Origin: an uncultured Candidatus Peribacteria bacterium
GTDB lineage: Bacteria; Patescibacteriota; Gracilibacteria; UBA1369; UBA12463
Length of the DNA: 64,000 bases
NCBI GenBank assembly: GCA_964356305.1
Contig: CAYHGS010000001.1
Coordinates: 16,130 to 80,129 of the forward strand
Direction: 5' to 3'
Shown here: positions 17,650 to 27,026 of the stretch, one piece after another
How the letters are laid out: every line of letters begins with the position of its first letter
Position numbering within the stretch: the stretch's first letter is position 1
Made by a program: the position numbers and the translations under genes
Notes under the pieces: model-generated
What the model was told of the DNA's origin: nothing
The model's input: only the letters and a program-made list of their open reading frames with translations
The model's database searches: none

Positions 17650-20034
17650 ATGTTTGAACGAAGCAAGGCCCTGAAATGGCTCGATCTCTATCTGCGCTAC
17701 GTGAATTATCTCGGAGCTGCTCAGTTATACCTAAAAGATAATTGTCTTCTCCGGCAGGAATTACAACAAAATAATCTCAAGGATCGCATTCTTGGACATT
17801 GGGGAACCGTTCCCGGTCTGAATTTTATTTATGCGCATTTGAATTATCTTGTTCAGAAATATGATCTGAATATGATGTTTATTGCGGGTCCGGGTCATGG
17901 TGCGCCCGCCGTCATTGCAAATTTATTTGCCGAGGCGAGTTTGCATGAGTACTATCCCGATTTGAAACTCGACGAAAAAGGAACGTCCGCATTGATCAAA
18001 ATGTTTAGCTGGCCGGGCGGATTTCCGAGTCATACGAACCCTGGAACTCCGGGGGCAATTTTGGAAGGAGGAGAGCTGGGATATTGCCTTTCTACGGCCT
18101 TCGGAGCGGTGTTGGATAATCCGGATTTAATCGTGGCGTGCGTGGTGGGTGATGGCGAGGCCGAGAGCGGACCACTGGCTGCCTCATGGCACAGCAATAA
18201 GTTCCTGAATCCGGCCGAGTCAGGTGCCGTGCTTCCTATTCTCCATATCAATGGCTACAAAATCACCGGACCCACGATTTATGGGACGATGAGTGATGAG
18301 GAGCTGGATCAATATTTTTCCGGACTTGGATACTTCCCTCTTCTCGTAGATGTCACCGATTTGAGCAAAAAGAATTATCACGAAAAAATGATGAATGCTC
18401 TTGAAAAGGCGTACGGCATGATTCGAAAAATCCAGAAAAAAGCACGAAGCAGCAAAGAGCCTTATCTCAAACCTAAATGGCCGATGATCTTATTCCGCTC
18501 TGTAAAAGGATGGAGTGGCATCAAGGAACTTCATGGCAAAAAAGTTGAGGGTACGTATCACGCTCACGGTATTCCTGCCGGCCATCCAAAAACCGATCCC
18601 GAGGAGTTCAAGAAGGTGAGAGATTGGCTCATGAGTTATAAATTTACTGAGCTTGTAGATGAAAAAGGTCGCCCTAAGCACGAGGTTATGCGTTTTGTGC
18701 CTCAGGGGAAAATTCGCATGGGCATGAACAAGCATGCACTCGGTGGCAATATGAGAAAACCACTTAAACTTCCCGTGCTTTCTAAGTATGAAGTAAAGTG
18801 TTCGAAGGAGTATTGCGAAATTGATGTGAGCAATACTTCCATTGGTGCAAAATACATGAGAGATATCTTCAAACTCAATGCCAGGAATAAAAACTTCCGA
18901 TTTATGTGTCCGGACGAAACTGAATCAAATAAATTAACGGCGTTGTTCGAGGCAACACAGCGTGCCTATATGTGGCCCGTGAAGTCTTATGATGAGAATC
19001 TCTCCCCTAGCGGACGCGTGATGGAAATCCTCAATGAACATTCGTTACAGGGCTGGCTCGAGGGATATTTACTCACCGGTCGGCATGGTATGTTTGCCAC
19101 GTACGAGGCATTTGCCACGATTATTGCGAGCATGGTTGATCAATACGCGAAGTTTCTTAAACAATCATCTCACGTAAAATGGAGAAAGCCGATTTCTTCT
19201 TTAAATTATTTACTGACCAGTGTCGGATGGAGGCAGGAGCATAATGGATACTCCCATCAGAATCCATCGTTTATCAGCAATCTCGTGGAGAAGCACGGCG
19301 GTTTCTGTAGCGTCTACTTCCCTGTTGATGCCAATAGTATGCTTGTGATTCTGGAAGATTGCTTTAAGCGAACAGACTCAATTAATGTTATTGTTTCGGG
19401 AAAGCAGCCAATGCCCCAATGGCTTACTATTGCCGAAGCTCGAGCTGAGCTAAAGGCGGGAGTTGGACGATGGGATTGGATCAATCCTTCACATGCCGCA
19501 AATCCTGATATCGTCATGGCAGCTGCAGGTGATGTGCCCGTGCAGGAATCTATGGCCGCTATTTGGTGGCTGAGAAAATTATGCCCGGAGTTAAAAATTC
19601 GATTCGTAAATGTTTCTGAAATTTCTGCGTTAGGAATTGGCGACGAACGTCATCCGCTTGCGCTTGAGGATAAGCACTTCCATCACTATTTCACGACTGA
19701 CAAACATGTGATCTTCAACTTCCACGGTTATCCAAGCGTCATCCAGAAACTTATGTTCGGACATGGTGCGCTTGCTCGATTCTGTATTCGCGGTTATATC
19801 GAAGAAGGTACGACAACGACGCCATTCGATATGGTTGTACGAAATAGAACAAGCCGATTCCATCTCGCCATTCAGGCCATCAAGCATGCCTCCGAGGTCA
19901 ATCCTGTTGTCGCGAAAAAGGCGGATAAGTTGATCAAATTTTTTGAACAACAATTGAAAGATCATTCAAAATATATTCTGATTCACGGCACAGATATGCC
20001 GGAAATCGAGAAGTGGAAGTGGGAGATGGTGTAG
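17650..20034 (+). CDS. xfp: xylulose-5-phosphate/fructose-6-phosphate phosphoketolase (794 aa)
   Basis: Length and conserved segments (LRYVNYLGAAQLYL, HWGTVPGLNF, GPGHGAPA, EGGELGY, GDGEAE) are typical of phosphoketolase. Confidence 0.92.
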   Translation: MFERSKALKWLDLYLRYVNYLGAAQLYLKDNCLLRQELQQNNLKDRILGHWGTVPGLNFIYAHLNYLVQKYDLNMMFIAGPGHGAPAVIANLFAEASLHEYYPDLKLDEKGTSALIKMFSWPGGFPSHTNPGTPGAILEGGELGYCLSTAFGAVLDNPDLIVACVVGDGEAESGPLAASWHSNKFLNPAESGAVLPILHINGYKITGPTIYGTMSDEELDQYFSGLGYFPLLVDVTDLSKKNYHEKMMNALEKAYGMIRKIQKKARSSKEPYLKPKWPMILFRSVKGWSGIKELHGKKVEGTYHAHGIPAGHPKTDPEEFKKVRDWLMSYKFTELVDEKGRPKHEVMRFVPQGKIRMGMNKHALGGNMRKPLKLPVLSKYEVKCSKEYCEIDVSNTSIGAKYMRDIFKLNARNKNFRFMCPDETESNKLTALFEATQRAYMWPVKSYDENLSPSGRVMEILNEHSLQGWLEGYLLTGRHGMFATYEAFATIIASMVDQYAKFLKQSSHVKWRKPISSLNYLLTSVGWRQEHNGYSHQNPSFISNLVEKHGGFCSVYFPVDANSMLVILEDCFKRTDSINVIVSGKQPMPQWLTIAEARAELKAGVGRWDWINPSHAANPDIVMAAAGDVPVQESMAAIWWLRKLCPELKIRFVNVSEISALGIGDERHPLALEDKHFHHYFTTDKHVIFNFHGYPSVIQKLMFGHGALARFCIRGYIEEGTTTTPFDMVVRNRTSRFHLAIQAIKHASEVNPVVAKKADKLIKFFEQQLKDHSKYILIHGTDMPEIEKWKWEMV

Positions 20035-20036
20035 AC

Positions 20037-21296
20037 CTAATATATGCTGCCGCTTGAATTGAATGAGAAAGAATTCAATACTTTTTCGAAGTCACACGGA
20101 GCGTGCCAGTCGAGGGAGAAAATGTGAATGAATGTATTTCCGTTCTTGATAATGCGGCCGTGGGATGTGAGCATACGGTCGTCATTTAAGAGTTGGGAAG
20201 AGTAGTTAACTGATGTAATATTTCCCCAAGGGACGCTCCCGCTGGAGTGCCAATCGGATGCGTCATAATAATCATAGTGACGCTTGCGAAGTTCCATATT
20301 TTCGTCGTTCATCTCGATGGCGTTTGCGAAGTCCTGGAGCGGAAGATTTTCGTCCCTCACCGTGTAAGCCATTACCGTGAAGCTTGGTGTGACGAGCGCG
20401 CCGCTTTGGCTTTTTATCTGAAATTTAACCTCCCTCCTTGAGGTAATATGTACCGGCGTATTGTAATTCCACTCGAATTTTTCACCGTGCGAAATTTCGT
20501 AGGTTGCAAACGGTGCGCGAATGGAGAAGCCAAGATTTGTGTCGTTGTAGGTCTGCCATACGTAGTCTTCCGGCTCGTAACAGGCGGCATAGTTTTGCTT
20601 CATGGATAGGACGCGGTAGAGAATCTCTGCGACGTTTTCCCGCGTAAGGGTTGTCCACGGATACATGATTTGATTTACGCGATCCATAAAGGTCACACCA
20701 ATATCATTGAGCTCCGGTGTGGCAAAAATCTTTTTCTCAATTGCCGTGAAGAGAAACTGATTATACCAGTTCGGATATTTTTGAATAAGATATCTCGTTG
20801 TGTCCATATCCGGCTGAACATCATTGAATTTGAGGATCATCTTGAGCGCCTCAGCCATATTTACATTCTGATTTGGCTTGAAGGTCTTGTCCGGGTAACC
20901 CTGAATCCAATCGTGATCGTAGGCATACACAATATACTTCGCGTACCACTGGCTCGTCGGGACGTCCTTGAACTGGGCGTATTTGTAGTTCTTTGAAAGG
21001 TAATTTTCGTAGAGATTTGCGTTGAGTTCATCGATAGAAACGCCCGGCTGAGATGCCACGAGCATTTTGATAATTTCCGCACGGGAAATAAGTTTCGTCG
21101 GTTTGAATGTCCCATCGCCATAGCCACTAATAACGCTTGCATTAACGAGATATTGTATCGCCTTGTCACGTGGACTTCCGTCGGTTACATCTCGGAATGA
21201 TGCGGCTGATGTGATATTTGAAGTGATGAGCGTGAGAGCGAGTGCGAGCGTCAATGTCGTGATGCGGCTCGTGAATTTGGTGTGCTGGATACTCAT
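20037..21296 (-). CDS. secreted SLH-domain protein
   Basis: A signal peptide, then two SLH repeats (FRDVTDGSPRDKAIQYLVNASVISGYGDGTFKPTKLISRAEIIKML; FKDVPTSQWYAKYIVYAYDHDWIQGYPDKTFKPNQNVNMAEALKMI), followed by an unknown C-terminal domain. Confidence 0.8.
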   Translation of the reverse strand: MSIQHTKFTSRITTLTLALALTLITSNITSAASFRDVTDGSPRDKAIQYLVNASVISGYGDGTFKPTKLISRAEIIKMLVASQPGVSIDELNANLYENYLSKNYKYAQFKDVPTSQWYAKYIVYAYDHDWIQGYPDKTFKPNQNVNMAEALKMILKFNDVQPDMDTTRYLIQKYPNWYNQFLFTAIEKKIFATPELNDIGVTFMDRVNQIMYPWTTLTRENVAEILYRVLSMKQNYAACYEPEDYVWQTYNDTNLGFSIRAPFATYEISHGEKFEWNYNTPVHITSRREVKFQIKSQSGALVTPSFTVMAYTVRDENLPLQDFANAIEMNDENMELRKRHYDYYDASDWHSSGSVPWGNITSVNYSSQLLNDDRMLTSHGRIIKNGNTFIHIFSLDWHAPCDFEKVLNSFSFNSSGSIY

Positions 21297-21324
21297 TTCT
21301 TATTTATATATAGGTTGGTCGACT

Positions 21325-21352
21325 ATTGTAGTTCTTTTTTATTTTTTGTCAA
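21325..21352 (-). promoter_or_regulatory. sigma70-type promoter of the SLH gene 20037..21296
   Basis: On the minus strand: TTGACA (21352-21347), a 16-nt spacer, then TACAAT (21330-21325), 28 nt upstream of the ATG. Confidence 0.5.
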
Positions 21353-21367
21353 TGCATTCCGCTCAAC

Positions 21368-21602
21368 AGGCACCAGTTTTTCCGACATCAAAATAGTGGC
21401 TTGCAGAAGGCATCATAAGTACAAGGTCGTTTGACTTATTTAACCATTGTTTTTTAGACGAGTAATTTCCACCCAAGGTAAACTCTTGCTAGAGCTCCCG
21501 GGGAAATTTTCAGCTTTAAAATGGCTTATTTTTTGAGAATAAGATGATTTAAAACTTATATTGTAAAAGGTCTAGGTGCCAATTTCATATAAACTGGTGC
21601 CT
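21368..21602. repeat. perfect 12-bp inverted repeat bracketing 211 nt, plus a local hairpin
   Basis: AGGCACCAGTTT (21368-79) is the exact reverse complement of AAACTGGTGCCT (21591-602). A third related copy, AGGTGCCAATTT (21574-85), forms a 12-bp hairpin with the last one (2 G:U pairs and 1 mismatch on the plus strand). Confidence 0.7.
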
Positions 21603-21747
21603 ATTTAGATTCCGTTTTTGCTGCTAAGCTGGGCAAAGCTAAAAAATGAGATCAGGGAGAGGTCTCTTCTTCTCTCTTAGGATATATATTCCTTATATAT
21701 TCATATATCTTATCGGAATTCATATTAAAACAGGGCTATGCGCACTG

Positions 21748-22110
21748 CTATGTCTTTGGGATAAACTTCATCGACAGGGAGTTTACGCAGTGGCGGGTAT
21801 CCTTGGCGGTGAGGTGCTCGCCGGTGAAGACGTGGCCGAGATGGGCATTGCAGGTATTGCAGATAATCTCGGTACGCTGGCCGTCTCTATCTGGGATGCG
21901 GCGAACAGCCCCGGGGATTTCGGAGTCGAAACTTGGCCAGCCACAACCGGCGTCGAACTTGTCCTCGGATTTATAGAGGGGCGTGTTGCAACGACGGCAG
22001 ATGTACGTACCGTTTGCGAAGTAGCTATCATACTCGCCCGTGAACGGCGCCTCTGTCCCCTTGTTCACGATTATCCGCTCCTCTTCGGGAGTAAGTTCGT
22101 TGTAGTCCAT
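21748..22110 (-). CDS. msrB: peptide-methionine (R)-S-oxide reductase
   Basis: Two CxxC zinc motifs ([18 protein letters not shown]) and GCGWPSF. Confidence 0.92.
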   Translation of the reverse strand: MDYNELTPEEERIIVNKGTEAPFTGEYDSYFANGTYICRRCNTPLYKSEDKFDAGCGWPSFDSEIPGAVRRIPDRDGQRTEIICNTCNAHLGHVFTGEHLTAKDTRHCVNSLSMKFIPKT

Positions 22111-22131
22111 TATCGTTCGTTATGCGCGTAA

Positions 22132-23622
22132 TTATGCCTGTTGTTCTAGCGCCTCCAAATAGGAAGAGACCAGGCGGACACCAAAACCTGTTCCGAGAAT
22201 TGACTCGTACTTCTTTGGGTCGTGCGTGTAGGCGGTTCCGGCGATGTCGAGGTGAATCCATGGCGTTTTGCCGACGAAGAATTTGAGGAAGGCGGCTGCC
22301 TTTGAGGCGCCGGCGTAGTAGCCTTCTTCGGTATTCTTGATATCGGCGATCTTGCTCTTCATCTTCTCCTCAAAATCCGGATGAATTGGAAGTGGCCAGA
22401 CGAGGTCGTCGGTGGAGCGTCCCATTTTTCGCATGAGTGACATACCCTTCTTGTCCGTACCCATCATGCCGGCGTAGCGATCGCCGAGGGCGACACAGCA
22501 AGCGCCCGTGAGCGTTGCCAGGTCAATAATCTGTTTCACTTTGTACTGCTTGATGGCGTAACTAATTGCATCACAAAGCACTACGCGACCCTCTGCGTCG
22601 GTATTGGTAATCTCGATCGTCTTTCCAGAATACGATGTAATAATTTCTGATGACTTGTATGCTTTTGGACCTACGAGGTTGGCGGTAATTGCCGCAACAC
22701 CGATGACGTTTCGCTTGATGCCAAGCTTTTTTAATAAGCTCATAACTCCCATCACTACGGCGGCACCTGTCATGTCGGTCTGCATATCACCCATATGTTT
22801 CGATGGCTTAAGATCGTATCCACCGGTATCGAAAATAATTCCCTTTCCGATGAGAGCAATAGGCTTCTCATTTTTATTTGGAAGATGCTCGATTACGACA
22901 AGTCGTGCGTCGTCTTCTTCGGAGTCGCTGGCGCGATTTACGGCTAGGAGAGCGCCCATTTTCATTTTTACCAATTCTTTCTTTTCAATAATAATACATT
23001 TGAGACCGGCATCTTTTGAAATGGTGCGTGCGTGCTCGGCAAGTGCGCGAGCTGACAAAATATTTGGCGGATCATTAATAAGGCTTCGTGTTGTGTTCAC
23101 CACGGCGCCCACCTGCATTCCTTTTCTCAACTCCGTTTCAATCGCAGCCTTGTGCGGCGTTACGAGCGTCATCGCTGCAATAATTTTCTTCTTTTCTATC
23201 TCTAAACTCTTTCCTGTTTTGTATCTCGCAACCAAATAATTCGCCATCAAAAGTACCTCACCGACTACGCGACTGTACGAATTTAATTCCTCAGCGTAAT
23301 ACAGCGCAACTTGCTTCTTCGACTTGGCACGACCCATTTTGATACCAGTTGCTACGGCATTTCGTACGGTAGATTTCTTCAATTTATTCACATCCCCCAA
23401 ACTCACGAGAATAATATCTTTGGGTAGTCGTGGGGCGTACACTTGCATATCGAAGCTACTTTCCGCCTTTTCTAGGAGTTGCTTGTTTTTCAGAGCAGAC
23501 TTGATGAGTTCTTGAAGTGCCTTCGGATACTTGGAAATCTCAGGATGTTTTTTATCAAAAAGAACAGGACAGATAAGAACTTCTAATCCTGCTGGTAGTG
23601 AAGGTGAAAATGAAATTTGCAT
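22132..23622 (-). CDS. pepA: leucyl aminopeptidase (M17)
   Basis: NTDAEGRVVLCDA signature, GKGIIFDTGGYDLKP, and about 496 aa. Confidence 0.9.
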   Translation of the reverse strand: MQISFSPSLPAGLEVLICPVLFDKKHPEISKYPKALQELIKSALKNKQLLEKAESSFDMQVYAPRLPKDIILVSLGDVNKLKKSTVRNAVATGIKMGRAKSKKQVALYYAEELNSYSRVVGEVLLMANYLVARYKTGKSLEIEKKKIIAAMTLVTPHKAAIETELRKGMQVGAVVNTTRSLINDPPNILSARALAEHARTISKDAGLKCIIIEKKELVKMKMGALLAVNRASDSEEDDARLVVIEHLPNKNEKPIALIGKGIIFDTGGYDLKPSKHMGDMQTDMTGAAVVMGVMSLLKKLGIKRNVIGVAAITANLVGPKAYKSSEIITSYSGKTIEITNTDAEGRVVLCDAISYAIKQYKVKQIIDLATLTGACCVALGDRYAGMMGTDKKGMSLMRKMGRSTDDLVWPLPIHPDFEEKMKSKIADIKNTEEGYYAGASKAAAFLKFFVGKTPWIHLDIAGTAYTHDPKKYESILGTGFGVRLVSSYLEALEQQA

Positions 23623-23669
23623 ACCGTTTCGTGTGTAATGAAGTAGATTTTTTACACGGACACGATAGC

Positions 23670-24173
23670 CTACTTATCCTCTTTTCGCAAAAAGTTTTCC
23701 GCCTTTTTGAGAAGTTTCTGCGCGTTATCGAACGTAAGCTCCTTCATCGCCTCCTCATAAGGAAGCCACGTAGAGCCCTGATGTTCATGGGAAATTTTCA
23801 CTTTTTCTTCTGATGTTTTTCCAATAAAGAAAATCACATCTTTGTGGTAAAGCCTTCGCTCTCGACGATAGTAGTAATCAACTTTGTACCGGAAATCTTT
23901 CTTGAGGACGATTTTTGAAATTCCTGTCTCCTCCTTCATCTCGCGAAGTGCCGTCTCGATTTCGTTTTCATCTTTCTCTACGTGACCCTTTCCGAAGTCC
24001 CAGTGACCTCCCGGATAGTGCAATAATAAATAATATCTCTCACCTTTCTCAATACGAAACAGTACTACGCCGCACGATTTCTCATAAATAGCATTTTTTG
24101 GCGGCGTCTTCATGTGCGCAACCGGAGTCGTTACGTATGGCTTTTTCTTAACTGGGGTTTGTATTTTGTTCAT
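23670..24173 (-). CDS. NUDIX hydrolase
   Basis: Nudix box GHVEKDENEIETALREMKEETGI. Confidence 0.85.
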   Translation of the reverse strand: MNKIQTPVKKKPYVTTPVAHMKTPPKNAIYEKSCGVVLFRIEKGERYYLLLHYPGGHWDFGKGHVEKDENEIETALREMKEETGISKIVLKKDFRYKVDYYYRRERRLYHKDVIFFIGKTSEEKVKISHEHQGSTWLPYEEAMKELTFDNAQKLLKKAENFLRKEDK

Positions 24174-24228
24174 CTGGCTGTAATATTACCGCCGCAGGTT
24201 CAATTTAGCCAGCATTAAAAACAGACAT

Positions 24229-24314
24229 GCGGGTGTGGCGAAATGGCAGACGCGCTACGTTCAGGTCGTAGTGGGGGCAACCCCATGGAGGTTCAAGTCC
24301 TCTCATCCGCACCA
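24229..24314 (+). tRNA. tRNA-Leu (anticodon CAG)
   Basis: 86-nt class II cloverleaf: GCGGGTG acceptor, anticodon arm CTACG-TTCAGGT-CGTAG, long variable arm GGGGGCAACCCC, T arm GGAGG-TTCAAGT-CCTCT, CATCCGC-A-CCA. Confidence 0.92.
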
Positions 24315-24320
24315 TATTTT

Positions 24321-24827
24321 TTATACAACCCGGAGGAGTGGCCTAACTCTTGCTCTAAAATCCTCAATTGCCCGTTCGAGCGACAAAGGGTCTATATTTG
24401 GACATGCCCTCAGTATATCAGCCCGAAAAATCGTAATTGACTCATCGATTACAAGACCGCTCGGTACCTTGGCTCCTCTCTCTGAGTACGATTGACATTT
24501 TGAGACAAAATCCAGAAACAGAGCTAGATCTTGAGCTTCTAGCCCAAGCGCATTTCCCAACTTCGTATATCGAGGATCGTACGTTGCATGCCCATGGCCG
24601 TCCCTCACTGTTCGATATTTTCCATTGCGCATATCCATCACGAAATTTCTATGAAGTTTTGCGCTATCAGAAAATCGCACGGTATTTCCACTAAATTTCT
24701 CATTTATCACCGTGACAACGAGCCCTGCGATGGACGTGCTCGGCGTGGCAACTCCACAGGCAATGTCGAGTCGTCTGAGAATATCCGTGTGCTGGACTTC
24801 GCTTTGGCCTCGTAATTCTGGGCTCAT
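24321..24827 (-). CDS. hypothetical protein
   Basis: 168-aa ORF with no recognisable motif. Its stop codon lies 7 nt from the tRNA-Leu 3' end. Confidence 0.5.
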   Translation of the reverse strand: MSPELRGQSEVQHTDILRRLDIACGVATPSTSIAGLVVTVINEKFSGNTVRFSDSAKLHRNFVMDMRNGKYRTVRDGHGHATYDPRYTKLGNALGLEAQDLALFLDFVSKCQSYSERGAKVPSGLVIDESITIFRADILRACPNIDPLSLERAIEDFRARVRPLLRVV

Positions 24828-24983
24828 TTCATTATTTGTAATGGATGTGCAGCATAGATAGAATAAGTATTTTTGTCAAATGTGTGCGGTAATGGTCTCC
24901 TCAAGGCACGTCAAATGCCAGCTCTTCTAGGCGAGTACAGAGCACGAGGCTTCGACAGAATCGTACCGTTAAAGCGAACTTTT

Positions 24984-25457
24984 TTATAGCCTTCCCAATA
25001 CCGCCCTCAGCTCATCTCCCGTGTTCTGCGCTACTCTTGTTACTGGAGTTGCCATTTTTTTCTTCAAGGCATCGATTTTATCAAAAAGATCAATTACTAA
25101 AGGCAAATCATCACTCGTATCCGTTAAGACTTGCCCATTTATGGACACCTTGGCAGATGGAGCAAGCGTATGAAGTGAAAGATCTGTGAATCTATCTCCG
25201 TCCTTGGTACTGCGAATAACTGTAATCTCAATTCTCTCCAGCTCCCTCCTCGCCTCAGGGTCATTGCGTGGGCCTTTTATAGTTTCCCATTTTATCTTTA
25301 CTCCATCTCCCGTCACTGTTCCGTCTACTTCACATAATGCCTTCATACGTGGACCGATAATATTTGTTGCACGGAGGGCAGATGCCTCGAGTTCCGCCTG
25401 CGGTAGATGCGCTTGAACTTCATCTGAGCGGTTATGAGGAGTAGAAGGGTTTGACAT
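24984..25457 (-). CDS. hypothetical protein
   Basis: 157-aa ORF with protein-like composition and no recognisable motif. Confidence 0.5.
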   Translation of the reverse strand: MSNPSTPHNRSDEVQAHLPQAELEASALRATNIIGPRMKALCEVDGTVTGDGVKIKWETIKGPRNDPEARRELERIEITVIRSTKDGDRFTDLSLHTLAPSAKVSINGQVLTDTSDDLPLVIDLFDKIDALKKKMATPVTRVAQNTGDELRAVLGRL

Positions 25458-25515
25458 AGAGTATTGAAGTTATATTTTTCTTATTGTACCATATATAGTA
25501 TAATTTAGCAATCTA

Positions 25516-25524
25516 TGATATAAT
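25516..25524 (+). promoter_or_regulatory. extended -10 element TGATATAAT, 6 nt from the ATG (leaderless-type)
   Basis: TGATATAAT at 25516-25524, then TCCTCC, then ATG at 25531. Confidence 0.5.
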
Positions 25525-25530
25525 TCCTCC

Positions 25531-26304
25531 ATGAGGAAAGAATCAGTACCGTTGCATACGTCGACTACACCTGCGGCTTCTCGACCAAAGTTTTCTGGTA
25601 AAATTGCCAGTAGTTTAGCGGCGGTGAATCTGATGGTAGCGGGCATCACCGGATGCGCTACGGATGATATGCAGCCTGCAGCAGTTGCGGCTGATGCCTC
25701 GTCTGCGGGTATAGATGTCGACCTCAATGCGCTCCAAAGTGAGATTCCTTGGGGAAAAGTAATGTGGGATGGGTATGGCAAAGTCGGTTGGAATCCAAAA
25801 CTCCAAGAGCTCGTCATGCTACCAAAAGCTCCCGTGGGTCCGGATGAAGAACACTCTGCGCTGGTAGTGAGTAATCAAATTTTTAAGCAGCCGTTCCGCA
25901 TGAGTTTCACGATGAATACGATGGCACAGCTGCGAACTGGAGCCGAGCCGAATCAGTGGGAGGTGGGATGGGCGGTTTTGGGATTCAAGGAAAACGGTAA
26001 ATTTAAGTATGTGACACTCAAGACTAATGGCTTGGAAATTGGGGAGTCGCTGCTAGGCGATGCGCAAGTTTTTCCCTATACTGCTCCGTTTTCTCCTGGG
26101 ATTTATCCGATCGGTGCTGATTATCATCAGGCTATCGAGGTGCGAGATAATATCATTTCTATTATGGTCAACGGCGAGAAAATCAAAGAATATACCATGT
26201 TCACTCCGGGATCTGCGGATACACTTAACCCCGACGGTCGAGTAGGATTCTATTCTGAAGATGCGGCGGTGAAGGTTTCCAATATCGTTCTGGAACAGTT
26301 GTGA
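25531..26304 (+). CDS. lipoprotein with a concanavalin/LamG-like (DUF1080-like) domain
   Basis: Lipobox-like MVAGITGC. The C-terminal part (EVGWAVLGF...YHQAIEVRDNIISIMVNGEKI...GRVGFYSEDAAVKVSNIVL) looks like jelly-roll lectin/glucanase-type domains. Tentative. Confidence 0.5.
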   Translation: MRKESVPLHTSTTPAASRPKFSGKIASSLAAVNLMVAGITGCATDDMQPAAVAADASSAGIDVDLNALQSEIPWGKVMWDGYGKVGWNPKLQELVMLPKAPVGPDEEHSALVVSNQIFKQPFRMSFTMNTMAQLRTGAEPNQWEVGWAVLGFKENGKFKYVTLKTNGLEIGESLLGDAQVFPYTAPFSPGIYPIGADYHQAIEVRDNIISIMVNGEKIKEYTMFTPGSADTLNPDGRVGFYSEDAAVKVSNIVLEQL

Positions 26305-26305
26305 T

Positions 26306-27001
26306 TTATGCCTTGTCCCAACCCTGAGCTTTTACGGCTTCGGTAGCGGCATTTTCTTCGGCTTTTTGTTTGCTGGCGCCGTGGCCTTTTGCTATTAGCT
26401 CTTCGCCAATGTATGCACCCATGGTGAAGACTTTGTTGTGGTCAGGACCGGTTTCGCTGATGAGGATGTAGTGCGGAGTTGTGTTTACTTTTCCTTGGGC
26501 CATTTCTTGAAAGAGTGATTTTCCATCGATATGGAGGCCTTTTTCAATAATTACATCGAGCTTCGTCAGAATATAATCGTCGATGAATTTTCTGGCTACT
26601 CGGTAACCACGGTCGATAAATATGGCTCCGATAAGCGCTTCGAGAACATTGGCGAGTATGTGCGGTTTTTCGCGGCCGCCCGAGTGCTCCTCGCCGCGGC
26701 TGAGATTCAGATATTTTCCGAGATTGAGTTCGCGTGAAACTTCCGCTAAGTGATTTCCCTTCACGAGGGCGGAGCGCCAGTTCGTAAGTTCTCCTTCCTG
26801 CTTGAGAGGATAGTTTTTGAATAAATATTCTGTCGTCACAAGTTCCAGGACAGCGTCACCAAGAAATTCAAGACGCTCGTTATGCTCTTTGAGTCCGCGC
26901 TGCTCGTTTACAAATGACTTATGAATGAAGGCTAATTTGAGAAGATCTTCGTTTTTGATCTGGACGCCGATTTCTTCGAGAAGTTTTGTGTAGTCGTGCA
27001 T
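26306..27001 (-). CDS. rnc: ribonuclease III
   Basis: ERLEFLGDAVLELV catalytic signature and a C-terminal dsRBD (GPDHNKVF...GHGASKQKAEENAA). Confidence 0.92.
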   Translation of the reverse strand: MHDYTKLLEEIGVQIKNEDLLKLAFIHKSFVNEQRGLKEHNERLEFLGDAVLELVTTEYLFKNYPLKQEGELTNWRSALVKGNHLAEVSRELNLGKYLNLSRGEEHSGGREKPHILANVLEALIGAIFIDRGYRVARKFIDDYILTKLDVIIEKGLHIDGKSLFQEMAQGKVNTTPHYILISETGPDHNKVFTMGAYIGEELIAKGHGASKQKAEENAATEAVKAQGWDKA

Positions 27002-27026
27002 GAGAATACTTTACCTTACTTTATAC

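Noticed and set aside
21646-22131. Long antisense ORFs opposite well-supported genes: 21646..22131 vs msrB, 22604..23239 vs pepA, 54351..55112 vs ligA, 32271..32813 vs the giant surface gene, 4951..5577 vs mnmA, 12434..12856 vs the thyX-like gene
   Set aside because: Each lies fully inside a gene whose product has clear family motifs. The antisense translations have no motifs and odd composition. They are shadow ORFs.
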